Shown piece by piece: positions 1-12,805 of a stretch of 64,000 nucleotides of DNA (its first letter is position 1; the number at the start of each line of letters is the position of its first letter). Source of the stretch: Eledone cirrhosa (taxonomy: Eukaryota); assembly GCA_964016885.1 (NCBI GenBank), contig OZ024740.1:45384001-45448000 (forward strand), written 5' to 3'. The position numbers and the translations under genes were made by a program. Under the pieces are notes generated by a model. That model did not search any database. It was not told the origin of the DNA and saw nothing but the letters and a program-made list of their open reading frames with translations.

Positions 1-3000
1 AAAAAACAAACAAAAACGTGGCAAATAAAGAAATCTATGCCCCAGTGGCAAATAAATCGCAAACAAAAAACCATAAATAAATCTATATTTCTTTTAACGG
101 CTAAAAAAAGGGGAATGTAAATTTGTTGGAATAGCCTCATACATTGAAGTAAGCAGCAACTACAGCAAGTAAGCGGCATTTACGCCGCTAAAATTGAATA
201 TCGCCCGTTTCACTACTTGTTCTGAGTAGAATTACGATTTATAACATTCCACCCACGATCATCCAGTCTTTTTTATAGGACTTTTCTCTTTCTCAGACAG
301 CATATAAGTATGATATGAGAATAGTTTAGCTGTTATTTCTAGCAGGGCACTCGACTACGTTAAGTCTCCCCGTTGACTTTAACTTGCTGGTTATACGCAA
401 AAGCACAACAGTACGGAATGAACCCAATCCGGTGAGCAAGTGGGTGAAACTCCCGAGTAACAAGATTTACTATTTAACATAGATAAAACTTTGACAAGTT
501 ATAAATCCGCTTTTGTATTGTTTGTTATTATTGATATATTTATTAAAAGAGAAACTTTGTTTCCACTCTGCATAATTTTACCACTGAAACAAGCCACGAA
601 GCCAGGCAGCTACTAACTTTCGAGGCGTTTCACTTTACAACTGTGTCATTTAACTACTTACTTTTTCGTAACTCAGATAATTTTACAATTTACAATCAAC
701 CGACAATACCATTCCATCTCATACTTGTGTGGATATCAATTTATTTTCACTTTCAACATCAGTTAACGACTATTATCATCTCATTCAACAGACTTGATAA
801 TTAAAAAAAAACCTGTAAATATTTTTTAAAAAAACATTACCTGAAGAAAATGTGACAAATGTAAGTTGCTCTATTATTGTTTTCAGATAATTTGTTTGAA
901 AAATATTAATTAAATAAGTTTTTTTTTCTTTTTTAATATCAAATTAATGTAAATCATATACATGTGAATATATGTTGTTACTATTGTAATGCGTTATCAA
1001 ATTATGTAGATTATATATATATATATAAACTATTAAATTTTATTTTAAAACATTTTTACAAGTAAACTTTTTTTTTTCTAGCATGTCCTTATGCACGTCT
1101 TCTTATGATACCTATACCTTCATATTGATACCCCAATCATTCACTATATCGTCTCTTATTCTAATTCCATTCGCATCTTGGAGGCGGAAAGGTGGTCCCC
1201 AGTCGTAGTCAAAGAGTTTCACAGATGTTTTGATAATATATTGTCTTCCACCAGTGTTTGGTTGTTAAGGCTACACGTGTTGCTATTAAAGCACGCGATT
1301 AAACTATGAAAGTTATTTTGACGTCAGTATTTCCTGTGTGTGTCCCCTAACACTACCATCTTAATTTATAGCAGAGCTCACTCTATAGCAAGGATTAGAA
1401 CATGGTCTCCAGTCTTTTTATCGTGTACTCGGGGAGAGAAGTATGGTGGTGCCCAACACCCTGCTCAGATTCTCTATGAAGGACGAAGGTGTCCTCCAAC
1501 GGGAAACCTGTTCCAAATTCTTTCAACTGAGTGGACTCCGCTAAAGACTAATATCTCAGGTGGTGACGTCTGAGGGTGTCTTCTTCAATTATAAACCATG
1601 CGGATGCGAGGCCACTGATTTTGGAAGATAGTCATGTTGATTTTATCGATCTCTGGCATTTACTAGTATTTGATGTCACAATATTTTATCGATCTTCAAC
1701 AAATATTTTAATGTTCTGACAAATAGCTTAATGTTCGTTGCTCTAAGTCAATATTACGAATGCTTTTTCAATAGACAATATTGTGTAACTATAATTAAAC
1801 CATGCAGACATATACCGTACAAAAATAGGAGAGAGTGGTGGAAGACACGAACACCCAATCATACACTACAAGAAAGGGCGCAAGAGTTTCTCTGTAATAT
1901 TTTTTGAAGCAACATTGTTGCGAGAGATAGCGAGGCTAAGACTCTGAAATAACCAAGCACCCACGCGAGCATCACGAGATACATCGCTGAGGCCGAGAAT
2001 AACTAAGCACCCTCGCGTTCATTACCTGACACCTCGGTAAGACGAGCCGCCAACAATGACAAGAATTTCGTTGTCAGCGGCCCGGCCTCCCCGCACCCAA
2101 ATGTTTCGAACACCCACGGCTAGAAAAAATAGTTTACCGATAATTGCCGGTATTTTAGAATTTTTATTATAACTTTTTTTTTTTCGTTTGACTATGGATG
2201 CAGTGACCCCTTACTGCAGCATCCAGGGTGTGAGATAAACAAAACATTCGCTAACTGTGTTGTTATTTCTGTTTACCTTTTACCGACGTCAATTATATTT
2301 TTATTACACAGAGCATAAATTTACAGTAAAATAACATAACAAATATGTTTCAAATATATACATAAATAACATTACAAATGCTTACATAACATTATAAATT
2401 GCTCGCGATTCTTTCCAAACGAGACGTCTCCCTCTTACCCAAGGACAAAGGGTAAGACTATCTGACGTTTTCCTATCAACCCTGGACAATCCAGCTGGCT
2501 CTAGAATTAGGGGAAGACATATGGCCACACTATTTTAGGGAGTGATTAGTCAGTTAAAGCGACTCAGACTATTCCGTGATAATAAAATGTAAGGTTGACC
2601 TCGGTGGGATTTGAACTCAGAACATAAAGAGATCGAACAAATTTTGCCAAATATTTTGTTCGACGCATTAATTATTCTGTTGTTTTGCCGCCCTTAATTT
2701 ACAAGGGAAATTCCATTATAACAATTGTAATAGTTGTGTGCTTGTAAATCATCTTCTCTGGTGGGTAACATCCTCTCCTTTCCAACATGGACTAGCTCCA
2801 ACAAAGAGATGGATGAAGCTCTACTACAGTGGAGGGAGCTAGGTTTTTTAGTTCCTGATATAAAGGAGGATAGACTGAAGCAGGGCGCATAGAACAATCT
2901 GAGTTCGAGAGACACCTTCAACTCTTTCTTTGATAAATCTGATTAATTCTCAAGCTGCAGCCTACTTTCCACGAGAGCTGCCCTGTATCTCCATTGCAGT

Positions 3001-3183
3001 CAGAGTGGAAATTGATGTTTGTCGGGGACTGAAATGTCGCAATGGTTGGCCCTTCGATTCCACTGGTCTCCATAGTGCCTTGCTACCCGAATGCTGATCA
3101 TTTCGCTTGCAGGGCGAGCTAAACCTAATTATTATCCTCGATGCTATGGTAAAGGTGATAGTCACTGTTACTATAGCCGAATG

Positions 3184-4089
3184 GGCATACGTTAAGACGG
3201 GCGTTCCGGAAAGTGAAAGTAATTTTAGACAACACTGTGAATTTGTTTTTGTTTTTTTTACAATGAAAGTTACGATACACACGCAATTGTATGGATTTCT
3301 TAATATATATATATGTGTGTCTGTATGTATATATATATATGTGTGTTTGTTTATATATATGTGTTTGTGTCATCATCATCGTTTAACGTCTATCTTCCAC
3401 GCAAGCATTGGTTTAGACGTATATATACGTTTGTGTGTATATATGTTTTTGTAATATCTCGCCAAAGTTGTGCACCAACGGAACTTTGTAGATTCTGAAG
3501 ACCCTAATGTGCACACACAACTCATAGAGAACAGATGGAGCCGTGCAAAGAAAAAGCTTCGTCGACAACATGGGACAAGCGACGCTTTATTCCCCTCATA
3601 TTTAGCTGAATTTCTTTGGCGGCAGAGAGTTGGTGCAAACAAGTTTGGCGAGATGATCAACTGTATTTCAGCTATTTATACGGTGTGTTATATGCAACAA
3701 ACGTCTAACTATGTAGTTATTTAAAAAAAAATTATTTCTTTCAACACACAATGTCATTATTTAAAAACACACAATGTCATTATTTAAAAAAAAATTTCCG
3801 TACACAATACACAAAAAAATAAAAATAAAAAATAATCACACACGCAATACTAATTAACACCATATCACTATAGAGACCTGTTGTAAATAAACAAACAAAT
3901 TCACAGTGTACACACATATACACACCCACACATATATATATATTAAGAAATCCATACAATTGCATGTGTATCGTACAATTGCGTGTGTATCGTAACTTTC
4001 ACTATTGAGACCTGTTGTAAAAAAAAAAAAAAATTCAGTGTTGTCAAAAATTACTTTCACTTTCCGGAACGCTCGTCTTAACGTATGCC
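3184..4089 (+). mobile_element. Merlin (IS1595/ISXO2-like) DNA transposon, internally deleted
   Basis: Near-perfect terminal inverted repeats GGCATACGTTAAGACG(G/A)GCGTTCCGGAAAGTGAAAGTAATTTT at 3184 and 4089, extending imperfectly for about 150 bp. Internal transposase remnant. No matching TSD seen. Confidence 0.85.
3470..3724 (+). pseudogene. Merlin/ISXO2-type DDE transposase C-terminal fragment
   Basis: VHQRNFVDSEDPNVHTQLIENRWSRAKKKL...LFPSYLAEFLWR matches the family pattern H..NFVD....HTQ.IE..W...YL.EF.WR. Confidence 0.85.
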
Positions 4090-4199
4090 AATAATTTATA
4101 TAAATGGTTTAATGATCCAGCCACCATAGTGTTCTCAGCCATGATAATCAGAGAGATCATACATCTGAAGGAGTTTCTTTTTTCACTCTCCGGCGAGGT

Positions 4200-4755
4200 T
4201 TATTTGATTTTAATAGAACGTGCTCCTAGTCCAAGTGACACCCCCCTCATGTGATACCCATGGCACGTTCCATGCTTCCATACCCTAGTTACGCCTCTGC
4301 CTGTAGGTCGCCCTGGACCTGCCAGTTTTGTGGGCTTCTTTGGCTTTCGGTAGTCTCAAGTTGCAGATAACTAGATGGTTGACAGTTGACAGCTCAGCCC
4401 CTCTCGAATATCCAGCACAGAATCGAAAAGATCAGAGACAATATAAAATCAATTATTGATTTCTGTCCCTGATTCCCCTTATACTATGTATATTTATGGA
4501 TGCCTCTGTGCTTGAAGAAGGTGTTCATAATAGAGAGTCCATTGCTAGAACAGAAGCCTTTCCATTCATATTTAGATCGGCATCGTCATTTCTTCCTATC
4601 ACTCTTTTCCATGTCAGGTCATCAGTGCCAACATGTGCTTTGAAGTCTCCCATCAGGATATATGACTCAGTCTTAACTACAGCTAACGCTGCAGTGACTT
4701 CATCAGAGAAGGATCTGTATTCGGACTCCATGTTTGGTGCATAAACTTGCACCGC
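4200..4755 (-). mobile_element. RTE-clade LINE fragment (APE endonuclease)
   Basis: ORF 4525-4752: QVYAPN...ILMGDFKAHVGTD..TWKRVIGRN, typical of the RTE endonuclease. Confidence 0.75.
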
Positions 4756-4777
4756 TCAAAGAAACCTATCTTTCAGC

Positions 4778-5592
4778 CTAAGCTTCAAGAGGCAAATCCT
4801 CTTTCCAAATGGGATCCAGTACATAACACATTCTGACAGTCGGGGGCTTATGACTAATAAACAAAACAAAAAAATAATTTGCTTTATTTCCCTCCTTCTT
4901 TCCATTTCGCACTCGAATGTCAGCACTAATAACTTGGGTTATCTCGTGGCGATCACGAAACCAGTCTAACCACCTGAGACTGGCCTGAAAATCCGAGTAA
5001 CCTGAATGCTCTGCCTTATCAAAATTCTTCTCATGTATCAGCAACCCTCGCATATAGAAAGGTTTCTTTCCCATTGGTTTGTAAACAAAAAATGAAAAAA
5101 TACCTTATCAAATATCTTCAAACATCACAGCCCTTGTGTGTGCTAAATTTGCATCTTACGATTTTGTCTTCAACGTTAAATCGATCCTGAAGAATCGTAG
5201 CTAAATATCGACTGATGTTAAACTGAAACGCAATGTTTTTCTTCTTTTCCCGCGAGGAATCAACGCCTCCCAGAACTTCCAGTTTTTCGTGTAACAAAAA
5301 TTGTCGCCAATAATTCACTGTGGGTGTTTTCCTAGAAATTGCAATGAAGAGAAAGAGAAAGTTAAGTGTTTTCCTAGTAAATAAAATGGTTAGTGTGACG
5401 TCTGATAAAAGTATTTATTTATTTATTGTATCACGAAATTCTTGGAATTTAATTTTGTTTCATTGTATTGAAATATTTGTTGAAACGAAACTTTTAGCGT
5501 TGTTTTGATAAGTTTATGACCGGAGATTGAAACATTTCGTTTTACAGAAAAAATTCGTTGTTGGTATTCTGTATAACGGAATTTTATCTGTA
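4778..5592 (-). mobile_element. Tigger/pogo (CENP-B-like) transposon 5' remnant
   Basis: Degenerate psq-type HTH (HEKLEVL...KKNIAFQFNI...LATILQDR) and CENP-B HTH (DFQASLRWLDWFRDRHEI). Pogo-like terminus TA|CAGATAAAATTCCGTTATA on - at about 5590. Confidence 0.75.
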
Positions 5593-5929
5593 TTTATAGA
5601 ATATGTATGTAGCGTCTCGTGACTCCTGGGAGAGTCGTAGGGGCATTATTGTATAACTGGCGGAGCCCATCTCCTTTCCAGGTCTGAATACAGCAGCTTT
5701 CTTCTTGAGAAGGATAGAAAGTGAGGGAATGGGAGTGAGAAAGAGCTATAGAGGAAGAATCAACTGGTATTTTTTTCATCGACCTCGAAAGGATGCGAAT
5801 CAAAAGTGAAGAATGGGCGTTGGCAAAATTGAAATCATCGCATTATTTTGTTAAACTTTTCCTATTACAATTTTATAAACTCATCTATATTTTACAGATA
5901 GAAATTATACAATGATGGAAATATATTTA

Positions 5930-6870
5930 AAAAAAAAAAGATAAAAACAAAATTAAGGGAGAAGGGGTAAAAGGGGGAAGATCTGGCTGTAAGGGAAAGG
6001 AGTATAAATACCATAAATGAGAAGAAAGGGAGGGAAAAAACAAGGACTATTAGGCAATGGAAGAAAGAGAGAGGGAAGAGGGTGACAGACTCTACACCTA
6101 GGTCAGGGTGGTGTTTCGGCTGCGCCCCATGGCCCTAGCGACACTCACTGTAACAGCTACCCCACCTCACATGGCTCCTTCCTCAGACAGGCTGCTGACG
6201 TTCCAATTTTACAGAGGAGCTCAACTGTCTGGGATCCGAAGATGCCTGAGATCTCGACAGCAACTGGTGCAAACTCATAGAATATGTTTATATCACTTTG
6301 ATTCACTGTTGTATAAAAAGAAATATAATAATACAATGCTTACAGAACGAAAGCACAAACAAATGTAATATAGAGGAAAGGGAAAGGAAAAAAAACACAG
6401 AAATGGTTAGCACACACATCTGGGACCACATAAAACAAAAGGCAGGCGAAAGAGGTGGACAACAGAGCCGCTACCAGAGTAAAAGATAGCAGTATCGTGA
6501 GGAGCACTGGGAAACCTCTGTAATAATTTTTGAGGCAAGCCAGCACACTCGCAGTGTTACCTCAGGTGATGATGAGGCTGATGCGTTGGAACAACCAAGC
6601 GCCCTCACGAGCTTCACCAATTACCTCTGTTAGGCGAGCCACCAGTAAAGATAGGAAACGAGCAGTCAATAGCCCGACTCCCCCAAACGTCTCGAATGCC
6701 ACAGGCTGGAAAATGTAGTTGGACGACAGATCGTGGTATTTTAGGATTTTGTTCCGTTCGGCTGCGGAAGCTGTGGCTCTCTCCCTAACCGCAGCATCCA
6801 GGATGTGGGAAGAAGTAAATGAGTCACTAACTGTGACGTCCCAGACAAGGCATCTGCCTCTTGACCAGGG
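5930..6870 (-). mobile_element. CRE-clade non-LTR retrotransposon 3' fragment(s) (restriction-like endonuclease domain)
   Basis: Manual translation of 6870-6540: PWSRGRCLVWDVTVSDS...AAERNKILKY...YIFQPVAFETFG...WLFQRISLIIT*GNTASVL. A second degenerate copy lies at 6130-6300. The 3' boundary is approximate. Confidence 0.8.
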
Positions 6871-7074
6871 GCTTTAATTCTGTAAGCATTGTATTACAGA
6901 ATATGTTATTCTTTTATTGGTTTCTGTCATTAAACTGTGGCCATACTAGGGCACTGCCTTGAAAGTTTTTAGTCGATCAAATCAGCTCAAGTACATTTTA
7001 TTCCTGTCTGGTACTTGTTTTATCAATTGCTTTTTGTTGAACTGCTAGTTATGGGATGTAAACAAAGACACGTC

Positions 7075-7220
7075 GGCCTCTAGTCACCAAAATTCCCTCA
7101 CAAGGCATTGGTCAGACTGGGGTTATAGCAGAAGACATTTGCCCAAGGTGCCAAGCTGTTGGACTGAACCCGAAACCACATGGTTACAAAGCGAACTCCT
7201 TAACTACGCAGCCATGTCTG
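7075..7220 (-). mobile_element. tRNA-derived SINE with CORE-like CCTTGGGCAA segment (related copies near 15820, 30930, 45720, 46080)
   Basis: On -, a tRNA-like head (GGCTGCGTAGTTAAG...GGGTTCAGTCC) followed by GGCACCTTGGGCAAATGTCTTCT. Confidence 0.7.
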
Positions 7221-8914
7221 GGTAACTTTGTTTAAACTTTTTGTTTAATAATGTGTTAATAATTATTCTCTCCTATATGTAAAGGTTAATGGTATAAGAA
7301 TGACCCACTGACTGATATATTATTCTCTCTGATATGTAAAGGTTAATAACACAATGGTATGAGAATGTCTCACTTCGGAATATATTATTCTCTCCGATAT
7401 GTAAAGGTTAATGGCATAACTGTATTCTTCACCTTCACTTAGATGTTCAAGATTTTTCAAGTTCTTGTCCCCTTGCAAATCCATATTTATATTACATTAC
7501 AACATACCCCTACTTCTATATTTTTTTCAGAGTATAATGGAGAGCCTGTCTAGCAAAGGTATTGGGTTGTTTAGGAAGTCCATATGAGAAATACCCAATG
7601 GCAGTTTCTAGAAAACTATGAAAGTATATCATATAAGGCTGTCAAAGTATATCATATAAGGCTGTCATATACTTATCACAACTCTTGATGTAAAGTTCAC
7701 CTTTTTTGCACTCCTTCTTTCAAAATAATGTGAAAATATTTGTCTTCAGATATGTAGCTACATTGTTTAATCTATATGAAAGGCCTCCTTTCTCCTGTAT
7801 ACATTCCATTGCAGTGTGGGGTCACAAAAAGAGGTGAACTTCAGATAAAAATATTTTTGAAAGCCTGACATACAAACACATTATTTTAATACTTCCTCTT
7901 TACCCGTCTCACCATACATTTTGCTTTTGGCATGGTTTCTACAGTTGGGTACCCTTCTTATCACCAACCACTTTACAGAGTCTACTGGTGCATTTTATCA
8001 TAGCACCTGCACTAGGAGGGCTGCCATATATTTGACACAACTAAAGAGTCTTCTCAACTCTTTGACATTTTCTTTAGCTGGATGCTGCTCCTAAAACCAA
8101 CCACTTTACAGAGTGTATTGGGTGCATTTTAAGTGACACCTGCACTAGGAAAGTTGTCAGTTATTTGATTTCTCTGAAAATCCCCCTTGACCCAATGGTG
8201 GGATGCCTTGTGTATATGTAATAAAAGATATATAAAACCATAATTTTACATCTTCCCATGCTGACATGAGTTGGTTGTCATGGTCCAAGTCAATTCTACA
8301 CATGTCAGGGACCAGCTCTCATTTGTACATTCCATTTTTGGTATGGTGTCTATAGCTAGATATCCTTCCAAATACCAAGCACTTTACAGAATATTCTGGA
8401 TACAATTTATTGTAGTACCAGCACTAGAGAGTTTATCATGTCCTCAGTATGGCTAGACAATCCTCTTCACCCTATGTTGACTCTATTCAGCAACAACTTT
8501 ACATTGTGTACATTCTATCATAGCACCAGAACTAGAGAGGGTGCCAACAGCCTGGTGAGACTAAAGACTAAAGAGTTATCACTTCTATATTGTGTCCATT
8601 TATTCAAGACATGAACAACAAGGTGAATAGAAGAGAGAGAGCTATGACAGAACTAGAGGAAGGGGGTGAAAGAAAACAGAATATGATGGAGAAACGGTGA
8701 TAAGGGTGTGAGGGTTATAGAGGAGTGAGTAATGGAAGAGAGTCAGTGATGGCAACTACTTGGGTTTTGTTGGCAAAAAGATTGAATAGAAACACAGTAT
8801 AAGCTGCATGGTAGGAGAAGAGGGAATGGGGAGAGAGTGGTGGAAGCGAGTGTGATGTATAACAACAATAAGTGATATAGAGAAGGAGAGAATGGTCAAT
8901 GGCAGTATTGAGGG

Positions 8915-9075
8915 ATATAATGGATGATCAATAGCAATATTGAGGGATATAATGAATGATCAATAGCAATGAGTGATATAATGAATGATCAATAGCAATA
9001 ATGAGTGATATAATGAATGATCAATAGCAATAATGAGTGATATAATGAATGATCAATAGCAATAATGAGTGATAA
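8915..9075. repeat. About 30-32 bp tandem repeat (GATATAATGAATGATCAATAGCAATAATGAGT), about 5 copies
   Basis: Direct inspection. Confidence 0.9.
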
Positions 9076-10414
9076 GTGAGAGGGGGAATGATGCTTTGCT
9101 ATAGACATTATTGAATAGGGTCACTAATAAAGGAACCCAAGGGCCAGATGGGGTTTTAAACTTGATGATAGATTAAATCTACTACCCAAGGGCCAGAAAG
9201 TAGTGTTAAACTAGGTGACAAATTAAATCTACCACTCAAGGGTCATATAGTGCTGATAAACCAGGAGACTGATTAAGTCGACCACCTAAGAGTCAGGAGG
9301 TAAACCACCCAAGTAGGAGCCATGGTGGAATTTTGGACTTAGAATGCGATGAGCCAGAAAACATATCAGAAGACTTCCAGTTCATTGTTCTAATGCTTCC
9401 ATTAGTTCACCACCCTAGGCAGCTACTTTATTTATCAACCTCAGAGGTGTTTGTGTGTGTGTATGCATTCCCAAGCTCACAAAGTTTTTTTTTATATTTA
9501 AAAACAGTGATGTACTTAAAATCTTATATTAACCATGGTGTTGATTCCACAATAAAACACTCCAAGTTTTGTGTATGAGAGTCAAATAGACCACTATTTG
9601 ACCTTTGACTGTCTTCAGTAGATTTCACTCTGTTGCTGCTTCCAGATTACCATATTTCTTTGTGTTTAACATCACTTCAGTATATTTCTGAAACCCCATC
9701 ACCTCCACCACCACCACCAAAAACAAATCCAAATAAATTGCTTTCTTGTGTATAATACAACGCCAGAGTGCAGCTGTCATCGTTATCATTTCATGTTCAC
9801 TTTCCATACTAACTTGTATGGCTCTTCACAATCCATGTCAGTACTGAAATGGGGTTACTGACTTGCCAGACAGGCTGGCGTTTCATATCTTACTTACATA
9901 GTTTCCATGTTTTACTAAGTGCATTTTATTGAGTCACCAGAACTATAGAGGTTGTCATGTCTTTAACATAACTGAAATCTCCACCCCAACCCTTTGTTTG
10001 ACAAGCTTTCTATGGCTGGATGCTCTTCCTATTACCAACCACTTTACAGTGTGTACTAGGTGTGTTTATCGTGTAGATGACCAACACTAGAGAGGTTGTC
10101 ATGTCTATGACACAACTGAAGAGTCCTCTCAACCCTTTGTTTGGCACCCTTTCTACATAGCCATGTCTTTGTAAATTATTGCTCTATTATATTATACAAG
10201 TGGGGAGATGTATATATGTTTTTACAATAGTTAGACCTAAGTTGTAACAAAGATGTTACCAAAACATGATAGATCTTATGTAGCCCCTTTATTAATTCAT
10301 TTTATCAATGAAAACCATATATCGGTTGTAATATGTTTTGTTCTCATGGACAGAACATGACTTAATGGTTAAAAGGTTTGCTTTACAACCATGAACTCTC
10401 AGATTTAATCTTTT

Positions 10415-10752
10415 TGCCTCTCCTTGGGTCCCTGTACTCTCCATTGGTCCCTGTACTCTCCATTGGTCCCTGTTCTCTCCATGGGTCCCTGTTCTCACCA
10501 TTGGTCCCTGTTCTCTCCATAGGTCCCTGTTCTCACAATGTGTCCCTGTTCTCTCCATGTGTCCCTGTTCTCTCCACAGGTCCCAATTCTCATCTTGGGT
10601 CCCTGCTCTCTCCACAGGTCCCTGTTCTCTCCATGCATCTCTGTTCTCTCCATGCATCCCTGTTCTCTCTGTGCATTCCTGTTCTCACCATTGGTCCCTG
10701 TTCTCACTATGTGTCCCTGTTCTTTCCATGGGTCCCTGTTCTCTCCATGGCA
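10415..10752. repeat. 19-bp minisatellite (CCATGGGTCCCTGTTCTCT), about 17 copies
   Basis: Direct inspection; explains the overlapping repetitive ORFs. Confidence 0.95.
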
Positions 10753-11278
10753 TCCTAACTTATAAACCTGGAATTAGTCATGAAGTGTTGTGTGTATTCA
10801 TCAGTTGATTACATACTGCACCTGTTCACAAAGAATACACAACCTACTACTGTGAATTAACTGACTAACATATTGCACATAATACAGAATAAATCAACCA
10901 ATTGGCTGATTAGAAAGATCAATAAACTTATCAATATTTTAGATTTATTACCAACTGTAAGTTATGTTTCTTTTATCTCCTTATAATATATAACCAGCAA
11001 TTTCTCTGTCTGTCTGTCCGACAGTGGAAACACGTGCGTGCGTGCGAATGTTTTTTGCGCACGCGTAGACAGACTACAAGAGGGGGATAGCGGGAGGGAG
11101 AGAGGGGTGAATTGAGGAGTGCTACAGAAACATATATACATTTCTGTGTGTGTGTAATATATATATATATACACACACAGAAATATATATATATACACAC
11201 ATAAATATATATACATTTCTGTGTGTGTAATATATATATCTATATATATATACACACACACAGAAATATATATATATT

Positions 11279-11313
<35 letters not shown>

Positions 11314-11319
<6 letters not shown>

Positions 11320-11908
11320 ATTATGTAATAAACAACATAAGGCAATTATTCCATTTACCAGTGGTTTCTTAAAAGCAAAAGGTTTTGCTTTCAATCCTCA
11401 GAATGAAGACACTTCACGAGACACTTTCAACAGAACATACCCACTCATACACTAGCGCGCACCCATGGACACGCGTGCGCGCATACACATGCGTGTGTGT
11501 GTGTGTGTGTATGTATGTGTTTGTATGTATGTGTTTGTATACATATACAGATTCTCATCTATATTAAAACTTTCATGCTCTGCGGTGTACTGAGTGCCTT
11601 GCTTACTGTGGCTGCCTCCGATTCAACCCGGAATAACGTGTATGTGTATGCGTGTGGGGGGGGGGGGGGGGGCTTTTATGTTTTTTCGTGTATGTGTGGT
11701 TGTATGTGTAGTCTTATTTTATTTTTCCTTTCCTTCTTCCTTCTCCAGCCTCACTTTCATATAGCTTGCTTTTTTGTTTTTAAGATCCAAATTCAATAAA
11801 CAAACCAGGATTTTTTCATTCTGAGGATTGAAAGCAAAACCTTTTGCTTTTAAGAAACCACTGGTAAATGGAATAATTGCCTTATGTTGTTTATTACATA
11901 ATAATAAT
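11314..11908. repeat. Perfect 94-bp inverted repeat (11314-11407 / 11815-11908) with 407-bp spacer
   Basis: Arms are exact reverse complements; each arm contains the hairpin AAAGCAAAA-GG-TTTTGCTTT. Confidence 0.95.
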
Positions 11909-12279
11909 TAAGCTCTGTTGCTTACATAGAGCACTCTTTTTTCCTGGACTTTTCCGACGGAATTACTTCATTTACACATATATATATATTACACAGAAAT
12001 GTATATATATTTCTGTGTGTATATATACACACAGAAATATATATACATCCCTTAGCTACTGTACTGTATCTGTTGCTATCTCTCTCTCTCTCTCCAGCTA
12101 TCCCTCTTTTTTAATCTGTCTGTTTCTCTCACTCTCACTCTTTCTCTTTGTAACACACTAACATTCCTCCCCTCTATCACTGTGACAAATGGGGAGATGG
12201 AGGAGGAGAGAGTCACTTCGTCACGTCACCTCTGCCTTTCTTTCTCTCCCCTCTCACTCCCTCATTACGTACAGACATT

Positions 12280-12470
12280 AGGGCGGTGGATTGGCAGAAT
12301 CTGTAGAGAGTCGGACACCATGCTTCATAGCATGGAGTTACGTCCCTTTACGGTCTGAGTTCAAATACGCCGAGGTTAACTTTGCCTTTCATCCTCACGG
12401 GGTCGATAAAATAAAGTACCAGTAATGTACTGGGTAATTGCTGGCCTTGTGCCAAAAGTAGAAACAATTA
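12280..12470 (+). mobile_element. tRNA-derived SINE with GCCTTTCATCC...GGGGTCGATAAAATAAAGTACCAG core (Meta-domain-like); copies near 15935(-), 18555-20825, 28570, 28890, 29925, 30250, 43880, 47885(-), 57920
   Basis: A/B-box-like head (GGCGGTGGATTGGCAGAA...GAGTTCAAAT) plus a conserved core repeated more than 10 times in the window. Confidence 0.8.
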
Positions 12471-12715
12471 TTAGAAACATTGCTTCATTTTTACATATCT
12501 AAGCATTAGTAAAATAACTAATAATTTCAAAAGTAATTTTTCAATTCCAATTGTTATGAACAGCAAAACATTAATAATATTTTGTTCTAAGAAATATATA
12601 TACATTTCTGTGTGTGTAATATATATATATATATATATATATACATTATGAAGAGAGAAGAAACATTTAGATATAATTAGTAATAAAATGTATCATACCT
12701 AAACTGCTCCTAAAT

Positions 12716-12805
12716 TCCTCGACTACGTAGTTTCGTGGCATAAACAAAAACAATATATCATAAAGATATAGAGTCCTTGCGAGGTCTGCCGACTTATCAA
12801 GAGGA
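12716..12805 (-). ncRNA. Type I hammerhead ribozyme (mirror copy)
   Basis: Exact reverse complement of 13142-13231. Confidence 0.7.

Noticed and set aside
1-900. Possible exon or promoter (GTAAGT at 861, TTTCAG at about 886)
   Set aside because: No consistent exon chain or ORF; such motifs are expected by chance in AT-rich DNA.
1790-2420. CpG-rich segment with short direct repeats and hairpins
   Set aside because: Probably a TE remnant, but no termini, TSD or coding motif could be established.
3125-3175. SDYHLYHSIEDN resembling mariner SDYHLFRSL
   Set aside because: Too short and lacks the flanking YSPDLAP context.
10292-10808. Overlapping repetitive ORFs on both strands
   Set aside because: By-product of a stop-poor 19-bp minisatellite whose unit is not a multiple of 3.
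12280-12375. tRNA gene candidates at SINE heads
   Set aside because: Only A/B-box-like remnants with no full cloverleaf, always attached to SINE bodies.
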